Source: Octopus bimaculoides
Lineage: Eukaryota
Assembly: GCF_001194135.2 (NCBI RefSeq)
Contig: NC_068990.1
Location: 53,155,713-53,219,712, forward strand
Length of the DNA stretch: 64,000 nt
Direction: 5' to 3'
This document shows, in pieces, positions 39,948-52,050 of the stretch. How positions within the stretch are numbered: the stretch's first letter is position 1; each line of letters starts with the position of its first letter. Under the pieces are notes generated by a model that was not told the origin of the DNA, searched no databases, and was given only the letters and a program-made list of their open reading frames with translations. The position numbers and the translations under genes were made by a program.

Positions 39948-40255
39948 TTGTTGTACTTGGGGATGGTCATATTGCCAGTTTAGCCAATAAAAACACACGC
40001 ACTGTATATTTGGTGTTAATTTGCTTCAGCTTTATATTATCTTAATCTTATTTCGGCCAGAGTTCTTTCGTCACACTTCTGTGACCTCATCAGTGGTCCT
40101 TTGTTTCCTTCTTTCTTATGTGTGTCTCACCTTGCTAACTATCAGCCATTTTGTATTTTGTATTCCTATTGTATGTGTCTACGCATGCGTGTCCTTCAAT
40201 GTTTCTGTGTCTTTTGTAAGTGCATGTGTGTATGGGGAGTGTCTGTATCACCTAT
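39948..40255 (-). mobile_element. Probable Penelope-like element terminal (pseudo-LTR) fragment
   Basis: Begins next to (TA)n, retains CpGs and contains a hammerhead-type motif. Assignment is inferred from the established PLE-hammerhead association; the element runs into a gap. Confidence 0.5.
40055..40099 (-). ncRNA. Minimal type I hammerhead ribozyme motif
   Basis: Minus strand GGACCA-CUGAUGA-G-GUCACA(GAAG)UGUGAC-GAA-AG(AA)CU-C-UGGCC: complete core, 6-bp stem II, 2-bp stem III, CUC cleavage triplet, 5-bp stem I with one bulge. Confidence 0.6.
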
Positions 40256-40734
40256 NNNNNNNNNNNNNNNNNNNNNNNNNNNNNNNNNNNNNNNNNNNNN
40301 NNNNNNNNNNNNNNNNNNNNNNNNNNNNNNNNNNNNNNNNNNNNNNNNNNNNNNNNNNNNNNNNNNNNNNNNNNNNNNNNNNNNNNNNNNNNNNNNNNNN
40401 NNNNNNNNNNNNNNNNNNNNNNNNNNNNNNNNNNNNNNNNNNNNNNNNNNNNNNNNNNNNNNNNNNNNNNNNNNNNNNNNNNNNNNNNNNNNNNNNNNNN
40501 NNNNNNNNNNNNNNNNNNNNNNNNNNNNNNNNNNNNNNNNNNNNNNNNNNNNNNNNNNNNNNNNNNNNNNNNNNNNNNNNNNNNNNNNNNNNNNNNNNNN
40601 NTATATATATATATAGATATGCAGGGCAGGGAATCGTCAATTAGTAATAAAATTAATAATCAACAATTTTGCCGGGTAGCTCAGTATGAAAAAACCTTCT
40701 TCGGTAAAAAATTTATAATCCCTATATATTTATG

Positions 40735-40767
<33 letters not shown>

Positions 40768-40769
<2 letters not shown>

Positions 40770-41073
40770 TGTACAATAACTGTATATAATATATATCATA
40801 ATGATATTTATTCGCCGATTTTGAAGCGACAATATTATTTATGTAGTATTAAGACAGTTTAAATATATATTAACTAAATTTGACTGAAATTGATGAGTGA
40901 GCATTTGACCACTCATATTCGCAAGGAGCCATGAAAGCATCGGTTTGTGGGTTCATTTCAGCCTGAGGTTAGCTCATCATTTTTTGGTCATTTGTTTATA
41001 TTTAAAAATTGTTGCTTCAAAATCAGAGAATAAATATCATAATGATATGTATTATATACTGTTATTGTACAGT
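40768..41073. mobile_element. Foldback/MITE with about 66-bp terminal inverted repeats at a (TA)n tract
   Basis: actgtacaataactgtatataatatatatcataatgatatttattcgccgattttgaagcgacaat (40768-40833) is the near-reverse complement of 41008-41073. Confidence 0.75.
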
Positions 41074-41174
41074 TATTATATTATGAGCCTTCCATAGTAG
41101 CTTTCTCTCCATAACTCACAAAGCTTTTTGGGTTTGTTTATAAAAATATTAGTTATGTATATATATATATATAT

Positions 41175-41450
41175 ATCATCATCATCATCGTTTAACGTCC
41201 GCTTTCCATGCTAGCATGGGTTGGACGATTTGACTGAGGACTGGTGAAACCAGATGGCAACACCAGGCTCCAATCTAATTTGGCAGAGTTTCTACAGCTG
41301 GATGCCCTTCCTAACGCCAACCACTCAGAGAGTGTAGTGGGTGCTTTTACGTGTCACCCGCACGAAGGCCAGTCAGGCGGTACTGGCAACGGCCATGCTC
41401 AAAATGGTGTATTTTATGTGCCACCCGCACAAGAGCCAGTCCAGGGGCAC
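41175..41450 (-). mobile_element. 5'-truncated RTE 3'-UTR copy
   Basis: catcatcatcgtttaacgtccgctttccatgctagcatgggttggacg tail; young-looking, with CpGs retained. Confidence 0.8.
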
Positions 41451-42990
41451 TATATATATATATATATATATACATACAAACACACATACAGTTGACATGT
41501 GAAAATGACGAGTTTCCATTGAAGGAAAATATAGGGTCCAGTTAAACAAAATAATGGATCACGTACAAAACAATAAAAAATTAAGTCCCTCTTCTCTGTC
41601 AATAAAGAAAAAGGCAGTGACTTTTAAGTTAGGCTACATAAGTTGCTTTGAGTCTCAGATGTCTACAGCCTCAGCTCTACACGTTTATCCTGCCCCCGAC
41701 ACATCATTTTCATTGAGCCAGATACTTAGATCTGTTTTTTGAACTTTATTTAATCCTTCTTTTAAAGGTTCCTTATTATATATAGATTAGCAAAGACATC
41801 TCTAAGTACAATTTCATAAATTGCATTAATTTATAGAGAAAAGGAAATGAGATTGAATCATGTCTATATTTCTGTCTCAGTGATATTACTGAATCAGTGA
41901 GTTAGTTGTAGCTGGGCATCAAGTTTGCCTTGTTATTTTGGTTTGCCAGGAACTAATGGTAGTAGCAGCAGCAGTAGTAATTTGTTATGTAAGCTCAGTT
42001 CACATTTTTAGGTGAGAGAAAGAAAGGATTATTGGAGCAGATGTAATAGTTTTACTGTTTCTAAGTGAAATGGTTTTAATTAGGAGGGGAAGTCAGGTGA
42101 GAGTTATTGTAAAGTTAGGATCACCATTAAAATAATAATGTTCAACTCTAGTAGCAATATAAGGAATAGAAATATTGCTGCATTACTGAAGATAGTTTAA
42201 AGTGTGTAGTGGGAAGAAATAAACTTCCAAAGTAAGTATAATTTTTCTCTATATTTTCTATTAAATTTCACTGATTCCTATAAATTTGTACAATTTATTT
42301 TCTGCTTTTTTAATTTTAATATTGACTCACAAAGGTAGATTTATATTAATACAGATATATTAATAAAGCAATCACTTGATATGTTTCATTGCTTATACTC
42401 TAACCTACAAGTATTTAAAAGTTAGGAAGGAAGGGGGATGGTCTTTTGGCATCATGCAACATTTTTTTAAAGTATTCTTTCAATAGTTTTTTTCTTTCTT
42501 TTTTGTTTTGTTATTTATAATTCAGTTCTCAGTTACCATTTTTAGTTTCTGCTAGAAATCTTACTCACTCTCTTCTGTCTTGTGGATAGGGCTTGCATCA
42601 TGAAATATGGCATTGTCAGAATTTAGTTGTTGCATGTTTGCAGTTTGGTTTAAAATAAAATTATAAAGGACTAGAATAACTAGTTAGTATTTTTGACTGC
42701 TGTAGTCTGGCTGTGGTAAATTTTGTTATATCTCTCTATTAATGGCTCACTTCTCTTCCATCCATCCTCTCTCTTGAAATATTCTTTGGCAGGTTATGAA
42801 CAAACAACTGAATTCCTCGTTATCCCTAACTTGTCTTACTGCATTAGCATTTCACATTGCATATATTTTGCATCTAACAATTTGGCTGGCTATGCTTACT
42901 GCTCCCACCCCACCCTCTCCCTGTAGACCAGAAATAGCAACAAATATGAACATTTGGAAATATTCTCTTATTTTTCTTTTTTCTCCTTTC

Positions 42991-43027
<37 letters not shown>

Positions 43028-44635
43028 GCTATTTATAGCATTAGGGGAGTGGAGATGATGTAGATAGATTAAAGCTGGACTAAAAACATTTTGGTTAACA
43101 AGTCTGGTGCCTCATCTTTCTGCATCACCCCTTCAGTGTCAAAAAATTTTTATTTAGAATCACTTTAATCAGCAAATGCCTTGTGTGTATGTGTGTGTGT
43201 GTAGTGTATGTGTGTGTGTGTGTAGTGGATGTTTTGTGTGTATTTGTATACATATGTGTATTTGTATATATGTATATGCATATCTATCTATATAATGTGA
43301 TAGAATATTCAACCAAAGAAGTACTCCATCTGATGAGAAATAAATATTATATATATACATGGTTGTGTGTGTCTGTCTGGTTGATTTTTCTTTTTTCTGC
43401 AAGCTTCAGTTTTTCCAGATTTTCTTTTAGACAATTTACTCACAAAATCAAATGCACCATTTACTGTAGGTATGAATGTAAATTTACAATCTGGATATAA
43501 AAGTTGAGGGTTTTGAAGCAGTTGCCTATAGTTATTGTCTTTCAGTAATTGTGTGCATGCATGTCTATGCACACATATGTGTGCACACACACACATTTAA
43601 TAGAGAGAATGAGTACTGAACATTGCATTCTCTCTCTGTGACTTTACAATGCTACCATTGGTTTAACGTAATACATTGCAATTAGCAACTGTTTCACCTA
43701 AAAATGTTTGTAATTCATCTCCACTTTGGATAAAGCTATGAAGCCTTATCCAAAATGGAAATGAATTACCTACATTTTTATGGAATAAATAAATAAATAT
43801 ATAAATTGTGTATGTATTTAAATAGATATATATATATATATATTGTATTTAAAGAAAATATGTACTTTTGCTGTATTTTGTCTACTTGATAGCTAAATGT
43901 TTATATTCCCAAATCTTAAATGTTAATATAGTATATGATAGATAAATCTAGTGGAAAATCTTAATCATTATCACCTTTGTTAATGCTTTTTCTAACAGAC
44001 ACAAAGTTTCTTGCCCTTTCACCTCTTGTTTTGGCTTTATGTATTTAATAGAGACATCTGTGTGGGTTAGTAGAAATGATGTAGATCATGGAATATCAGA
44101 GTGTTTAAAGACAATTATCTTGGTTCCATGTTCAAATCACACATTGCTTGAAGTAACCTCTCTCTGATCTCTCAGCCTGCTAAAAATAACAGTAAAATCA
44201 CGTTTGAATCAACACTTACTGTCTTAAATGGACATATTGGCTTATGTAGTCCAAACTACACTGTCTAGAAAAAAAAAAGGAAAAGACAGAATAGTCACAG
44301 CTGGAATAATCTTAAGTTTGCTTAATCAGCCAACTTGGAGGCTAAATAACAACTTCATCTCTCATTCATCTGGAGTCAATATAAAGAGCGATTCAATTGA
44401 TTGTATCTATCATTCTCAAAAATTGGCCATGTATCTAGTTAATAGATTTCATTAATTATATTTACCATCTTTTTTTTTCAAGGAATTAGGAGTAAAGTTA
44501 AATTCTACCATTTATCATTCAAAAAGTTGTTCCTTGTTAACAAAACCAGTCCAACTCAGATGGTCTCCATCTTTGATTACCAGCAACAGTGGTTCTTTTT
44601 TTTTTTTCAAAATACCTTCCCTGTTTTTGTTCCAG

Positions 44636-44749
44636 GTGATCTCTTGTCAAATCAGTTTAATGGGGCACTGTTGCACAATGAAGAAATGCCAGACTCACAA
44701 ATGACTTTACTCCAAACTGCCCCAGCAACTAGGTTTGATGCCACAACAG
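44636..44749 (+). CDS. Candidate alternative MRTF exon (DLLSNQFNGALLHNEEMPDSQMTLLQTAPATRFDATT)
   Basis: Acceptor ccttccctgtttttgttccag and donor CAG/GTGAAC; 114 nt, phase 1-1, stop-free in the MRTF frame; in-frame ATGs at 44686 and 44701. No transcript evidence available. Confidence 0.4.
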
Positions 44750-45512
44750 GTGAACTTTTCATTGCCCCTACCCATCAACCAACATTCTGAGAATGCCTCT
44801 CTCTTATAGATTCCTCCATTAACTTTCATTTCTTCTGCCTCTTGTCCAAACAACTTAACCAGGTCCACTCACTTGCTGCACTGATCAGATGGGGATGACG
44901 GGAGGAAAACTGCTGAATAACATAAAAGTGAAACAATTGACATTATTATTGCTATCTAAATTTATTATTATTATTAGTAGTAGTAGTAGTACTGTTAGCA
45001 TTATTAGTATTTAGAATTCTGGATTACTGATAACTTTTATCTACTTAAAAGCAAAGAGTTTATTAATAAAGCTATTAACTAACTCAAGTGGATTTCCAAA
45101 TTGTCTAAGCTGGCATAGGTTTGTTCCAGTTCTAAGAAAAACTTTTAGCTTAATGTAGATTCCCCCCACCCATACACCCAACATATTTGGCTTCATTTCA
45201 ATAAATTTGGGAGTTAAAAATTAAAGAAAAGAAAGTCAATTCTAAAATTATGTTTTGGAATGTGATATTGTAAATTACTTTGAGAACTATAATTATTTAG
45301 TTTGCAGACTTTAGTGAAGGTTGATATTGTCTGGGAAGTAGGGTGAAGATGGAATGGCAGAATTAAGAGGAGACTATAGTAGAGTCACACATAATTTTAA
45401 TGCAAACATTTTAACATTAAAAAAAAATGGAAGTGTTTCATCATAGATGGCCATCATAGCATGAAATGACCAGAAAAGATACATAATATAATAGTAATAA
45501 TGTTAGGCAATA

Positions 45513-45613
<101 letters not shown>

Positions 45614-46937
45614 ATGGTTTGATATCTGTTTAAAATATTAGGCTATTTTCTGGTAAATACTGGAGTATCAGTGGACTAGGCAGAAGGTGGCCAATTCCTA
45701 GCTGCTAAACTAATTGTATTGTCAAGAACATTGTGAATTTATTAAAGTTGTGGAAGAGGAATTATCTAATGAGAGATCTGTGAGAATTGAGAGGCATCAT
45801 ATCTTGACTGCCAGCAATAAACTAGAGTATACTGTGAGAAAACAAATTGAGTTAGAGCTGCAGCAGCATTAGAGGGTGAGCTAGAAGGGTATCTGGAGAA
45901 AGACAAAATGGGTTGTCAAGAAAATAAATTTATGATGAGGTTATAAATCTAATAAGGTTTTACACTGTTCCCTAGAATTCAGATTTGTGAATCTTTTTAA
46001 CAAATAAGTAAAAAAATAAAATAAAATATGAATCAAAGCAAATTCTTCAACTTCTGGATGGTTTGACAAGTGGGAGAATCTATTCTGATAATACTCAGTC
46101 TTCAGGCCTAAAGATTCTGATACACCACCATCATTAAAAGAGTCCAACCTAAGTCTGGCATTTATATAAGTCATTATTACAAATATTCATTGTGTCAGAA
46201 AGTATATGAGTTGTAAATGTATACAAGGGAACTGACAACTCTTATGTATTCTTATATCAGTCAGGATGATGATGCAGTTAGGAGAAAAGTCCATTAGGTG
46301 GGAAGCCAATAGTTAGTACCCACAGCTGTGTTTAGACTCAACAAAATCTTTAGCATTAATCTCTCCTTTCAACTAAACACAAATATATATTTACAGTGTT
46401 AAAACCAACTACAGCAAATATAGTCTTACTTCAAAAGCAAACTGGCTTCAAATCTGTGTAAAAGAATTGTAACTTATTTACATCTATAAAGAGAACAGGG
46501 AACTTAGGTAAAAAAAAGAAAAAAAAACTCAGAAAAGTGAATAGTAAGGAACTCACATTTCTGAGTCAAAATTTGACCAGGATTGATGAATATCAACAAG
46601 ATTTTTTAGGTAGTATCTGTACTTGGGGGCAGGAAAATCATATGGCTATAACATTAGTGCTGATGTGGGTAGGATTATCTATTAAAGGGCAGTGGAAATG
46701 GCTGAGACATAATTTGATTTTTTTCTTTAGAGTCTAATCATTCTGTGAATGTGAAGTAACCACATGGTTAAGCTCACACCATTCTGGTTCAAGTCTGGCC
46801 AGAGTTGATTTTCTATTTATCATTTTAGGACTGATAGAATATATACCATAATGGTAGATTATAATGGCTATATTCACACAGCTCTGACAAGATTAATTAC
46901 CTTACTATCACTGCTGCTACTGCTACTGCTACTACTG

Positions 46938-46973
<36 letters not shown>

Positions 46974-49414
46974 GCCTTACTACTGTTTTTAATTGTTACT
47001 GTCATCATTTATTTATTTAACTATATAGGGACCTGTGGCAGATGTTGCTTTTTTATTCCAACTCCAAACTAATAATGATCAGATATGTTGTGGTGTCTAA
47101 CCTCTAAGCTTTCTTTTTCACTCTCTGTCTCTTTTTTTTTTTTTTAATATTTTAAGCATCTCTTCATGCCAGTATATACGTTTATAATATCTACATTATA
47201 TGGAGATATAATGGACATATAATATAACTCTTTGCTTCTTATAAAAAGCCACACACCTACACCTTTACTAGTAGCTGCTTATTTTCCTTTTGAAGCTTTT
47301 TCTTTTTATTTAAATATTGTTTTCCTTACCTTTACTCAAAGCTGTTCCTTTTAATCTGAATTAAAGGGATTTTTTTCATTGTTGCTTAACTCTATTTCCC
47401 CCCTGTTATTTTTGCTTTACAGTTCTTGACTTTTTCTCTCTTGCTTTTCCTCTTCTTTGGTGACTTCTAAGCAACTGACTCCTTTCTATTTTTTTACTGG
47501 GTTATATTGTTTTTTTTTTCTTATTTTTTTTTGTTTTCTAGTTTTTACTTTTCTTTGTTTTGTATTTTGCGTATTAATGTTTACTTTTTTTCCTTTATCT
47601 ATTTTTACTTAATTCTGTTATTTTATGTTTATTTTATCTGTGTGGGGATTTGGGTATGAGGGTGGGGTGAGGGTTGGTTACTTGTAGCCTGGAAGACACT
47701 TTATATATTTATTTACACCTGGGACATTGGGGTATATGTTACAGCTGAGAGATACACCTGTGTAAAATTAATGGGTGAAGGGCATAACTGGAATATGAGG
47801 TACAGCTGGAGTTATAAGCATCTCTTATGTAATGTACAGTTAATGAAGATATCACCCTTATATAAGTTACACTTTGGGTAGTACACACACACACACACTT
47901 GTGGGCAGTTTTCTTTCAATATTTTGCCAGTATTTCTTCTTTTATTAATCCTTAATGAGTGAACTATCCATTCTCACATATGCATGTATTTACAGCTGGA
48001 TGGGGACAGTCATGTATGTACACACATGTACGCACGTGCACACACACACACACACTCACTTTCACCCTCTGTCTCACATACACACACCCTCTCTCTCACA
48101 TACACTCTCACCCTCACCCACCCCTATCTCCCTCTTCTGCACACCCCTAATACATGCATCTTTGAATTGTTACCCTTACAATTTTTCTTCCCTTCTTTTA
48201 CACATCCTTTTTGCTAGTTCTTGTGTGTATGTTGTTTTTTTTATTTTTTATAAGGTGTTCTGTAAAGGGATCTAAACGATTAGGACTGATTATAATAATA
48301 TTTACAGTATAATCTGTCACACCATGACTACATGGAGGAACAATTTTAGAAGGAGAAGTGACTTCATTGAGAGGCTCTTGTATAAGTTGTGGTGTTTATG
48401 ATGTGCAGTAATTATTATAGAATAACTATGACACTGTTGTGTGTCTGCAGTATTATGTGATGAATATGTCAAGTGTAATTGCTATATGCCAACACTATGA
48501 TACTGTGGTTACTATGTAACTGGTGGCTGGTATATAGTATATGGCTGCTATACTATGGTGTATTGTATGATGTAGTATGACTGACTTATGCATAGAACAT
48601 ATTGACAGTTTGATGTGTAGTCAACGGCACTCGTAATGGCTATGGTTGCTATGTAGTATTGGAGTGTAAGCTTGTGTTTTATGGCTAATTGTTTACTTCA
48701 GTTCTTGAAGAGTAAAGAATCTGTTTTGACAAAGCTGAAACAGGAAGCTAGAAGTTGCAAATTTTGTTACTTTAACTGTTGAGTCTGTTATATTCAAGTT
48801 ATACAGCCCTTGTGTTTAGTTTATCTAGTAGTAAATCTGCCCTAATTGTAGGCATACCAAATAACCAGACACCCCACACCTCAATTACTACACTTTCACT
48901 TCTCTGCTCACTCAACCAAATATTGAAAGTCTTGTATTTATAAGTGTTTTAATCCTCTTTGCATCAGTAATAGAAATAAATTTCTCTTTGCTGTATCCTC
49001 TGACTTTCTCCAACAACTGATCAACCATGTATGTTTAAGTCCATTCTTTTTGATCTAATTTTCCCCCTTACAAGTTTGGTTTCTTCATTTTCCTTTCTTG
49101 CTTTTTTCTTTTCTCTGTTAACCTAAGTTCCTTGTATTAAAACACTACATAACCAATTTAGCGTTCTCATCATGCCTTTGAGGTTTTTTCTCTTCTTGGC
49201 CTTCTACAAACTCCTGAAGTGTTGTTTATAATGTTTTTATCATTATGTTTTGCTGTTTTTATTATCATATTCCGTCAAATTACTTAAACCTTTCCTTCCT
49301 CCTCCATCATTCTATGCTTTGACTTTTAACAGGCTTCACCACTAAAGGGAATTCCCTCTCTTCCTTAAAATTCCTTGTGTAGAACTCTCAGCATAGAACT
49401 TACTGAAGATCAAT

Positions 49415-49484
<70 letters not shown>

Positions 49485-49969
49485 GTTGATGTATATTTTG
49501 AGCTGCAATTAGCTTTTGACTAGTGGTGGATGACAAGTAATTAGATATATTAAGAAAAGGTTTTAGATGGGAAGAAGAGATCCCCTCTCAACTTTACACA
49601 GACCTTGATATGTTTGTGAAGGTATGGGATAGAAGTTGATAAATTAAACTCTATAATTAGTTTCTATTCTGTGGCTCCCTAGTATGACTGGGAATTAAAA
49701 AAAGTACTTCACTACTTTACTGTTCAACTTGATTGTATGGTGGTGGTATAGAAGAAGAGAAAAAAAAAAGTTTCTACTAGCAATAATGTTAATGCCACAA
49801 CTACTAGTAATATGATATATTGTGTGCAGCAATAAAACAAATAGATTTGTAAGAGGTTGTCATTCACCAAATCATCTTAATCGCCCCAATTCATCACAGT
49901 TTGTTAGCTGGTGTTAGTCCTACTTGCTCTTGTGCTTATCTCAATTCTATTTCTTTAAAGATATTGATT

Positions 49970-50311
49970 TCAAATTTTGGCTCAAGGCCAGCAATTTCAG
50001 AGGAGTGGGTAAGTCAATTACATCGTGCCCCCCCTCCCCAGTGTTTAACTGATACTTATTTTATCAACCCTGAAAGGATGAAAGACAAAGTTGACCTTGG
50101 TGGAATTTGAACTCAGGGCATCCAGCTGTAGAAACTCTGCCAGATCAGATTGGAGCCTGGTGCAGCCATCTGGCTTGCCAGTCCTCAGTCAAACCGTTCA
50201 ACTCATGCCCACATGGAAAGCGGATGTTAAATGATGATGATGAATGTAAAGGTGGTGAAATGCTACTTAGCATTTTGCTTGGAATGTTAACTATTCTGCC
50301 AGCTCACCACC
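49970..50311 (-). mobile_element. SINE family C split by a plus-strand RTE tail insertion (about 50117-50241)
   Basis: The normally contiguous gaactcag|aatgtaaag junction is interrupted by ggcatccagctgtagaaactctgcc...atgatgatgatg. Confidence 0.75.
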
Positions 50312-51521
50312 TTATTTCTTTAAAGAGATGTAAAGAAAACCTCCCTAAATTGATCAGAAATTATGCACCCTAACCCTTCTGCTAAAGGACCTTCTTTTAC
50401 ACAAGTTGCACTGTGATGCATATACTGCACACCTATATCAATTATTGATAAATGACTAGATAGTCTGGTCAATTTAGACAAATCCCAGTAATATTCTGTA
50501 TAGTTAGGTAGAGGCAAAGTTTAGTTAAGGGCCCTGCTTAGAAAACTTAGCAAAACACCTAGAGTAGATTTGATCTCAGAAAGCTGTTGTAACCCTTTCA
50601 TTGTTGTATGTCAAACAAATATAGACTGTTTGAAAGTTTCAAAAGAATTCATGTTTAGAATAAGATTATGAAATTTAGTTTTTTTTTTTTTGATAAAAAA
50701 AAGAAGTTTTTGATATTGTGTGTTTGTGTGCAGACAGTTATATGTATGTGTGTACACATCTTTGAATGTATGTTTATGTGTGTAGATTATTAGATGCTGT
50801 TTATCAAAACATACACTCCATTTATAAAATTACAGGATTGTTAAACTCAATAACTACATGAAAAAAAAAAAGTTTTAAAGTCTTTCCTCTAGATTTTGAC
50901 TAACCTCTTGAGAATCGATGCATAAACATGTTCTCCTTAATTTGTAAGCATGTCCTTACTACCTGAAAACACCCCTGTGTGTGTGTGTGTGTGTGTGTGT
51001 GGTATTTATCCTCAAGAGTTCTTTCAGAAAAAAAAAGCGTGCCAGTGTTGAAAAGTTTGGTGCTTATTGGTGAAAGAAATAGATTGAAATGGTTTGATTC
51101 TTAGTAGAAACAACTTTCATATTTTTCATATTGTTTTTAATGGATTTGTGAAATGCCACAAGTACCACAATTTCCCAGTCTTCTTGCATACATTGTAGGC
51201 TCTGAAAATGTGTGTGTTTGTGTGCATGTATAATGCATATGTTAAATGTACGTGTAGATAAACATGCAAACAGGCTTATCATCTAATATTTTGTTCAATT
51301 TTGAATTCTGACCTATGTCCCTGTATTCTCTTGTTCCACAGTCTTTCTCATGATTCTTTCTGCCACTGTATGCTGTTAGTCAAACATTTGTTTGTATATT
51401 TGTGTATCCTCCAAGAAAACCACTGACAAGAATATTACTGTCTGTTTGCATGTTGTACAAATATTTCTGTCATGGTTGGTTTTCTTTCCTTTCTTCCATC
51501 TCACACACGTGTTTGTGTGTA

Positions 51522-51561
<40 letters not shown>

Positions 51562-51621
51562 TGTGTATTTGTGTGTGTGTGATAAGCACAAGCATGTGTA
51601 TAGACACTGGCATTGTCATAA

Positions 51622-52050
51622 GTGCATGCATGGCTGTGTGGTTAAAAAGTTCACCATGCAGTTATATGATTCCAGGTTCACTCCCACTGCATAGCACCTC
51701 AGAGATGTTGAGTCTCAAAGAGGTGATGACAAGTGACCAAAACTTCTGGCACTTTACTGTGCTTGAGAAGACATGTCAAACTAAGTGAAATTGTGGTCAT
51801 GATCAGTGGAAGTGACACATAAAAGGTACCTATGCTGGTGACACATAAAGAGCACCCATGCTGGTGACATGTAAAAGATGCCCAATACACTCTATGGAGT
51901 GGTTGATGTTAGGAAGGGCATCTGGCCATAGAAACCAAGCCAAAACAGACTGGAGCTTCATGTAGCTCTCTGGCTTATCAGCTCCACTCAAACTGTCTAA
52001 CCCATGCTAGCTTGGAAAACAACCCTAAATGATGTTGATGATGATGACAC
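51622..52050 (+). mobile_element. tRNA-headed SINE with RTE-derived 3' tail
   Basis: Family B-like head gcatggctgtgtggtt...ccaggttcactccc joined to aggaagggcatc...ccatgctagcttggaaaac...atgatgttgatgatg, which matches the RTE tail. Confidence 0.65.

Noticed and set aside
48330-48700. Recurring CTATG/TATG motifs
   Set aside because: Low-complexity, no stable period or structure discernible.
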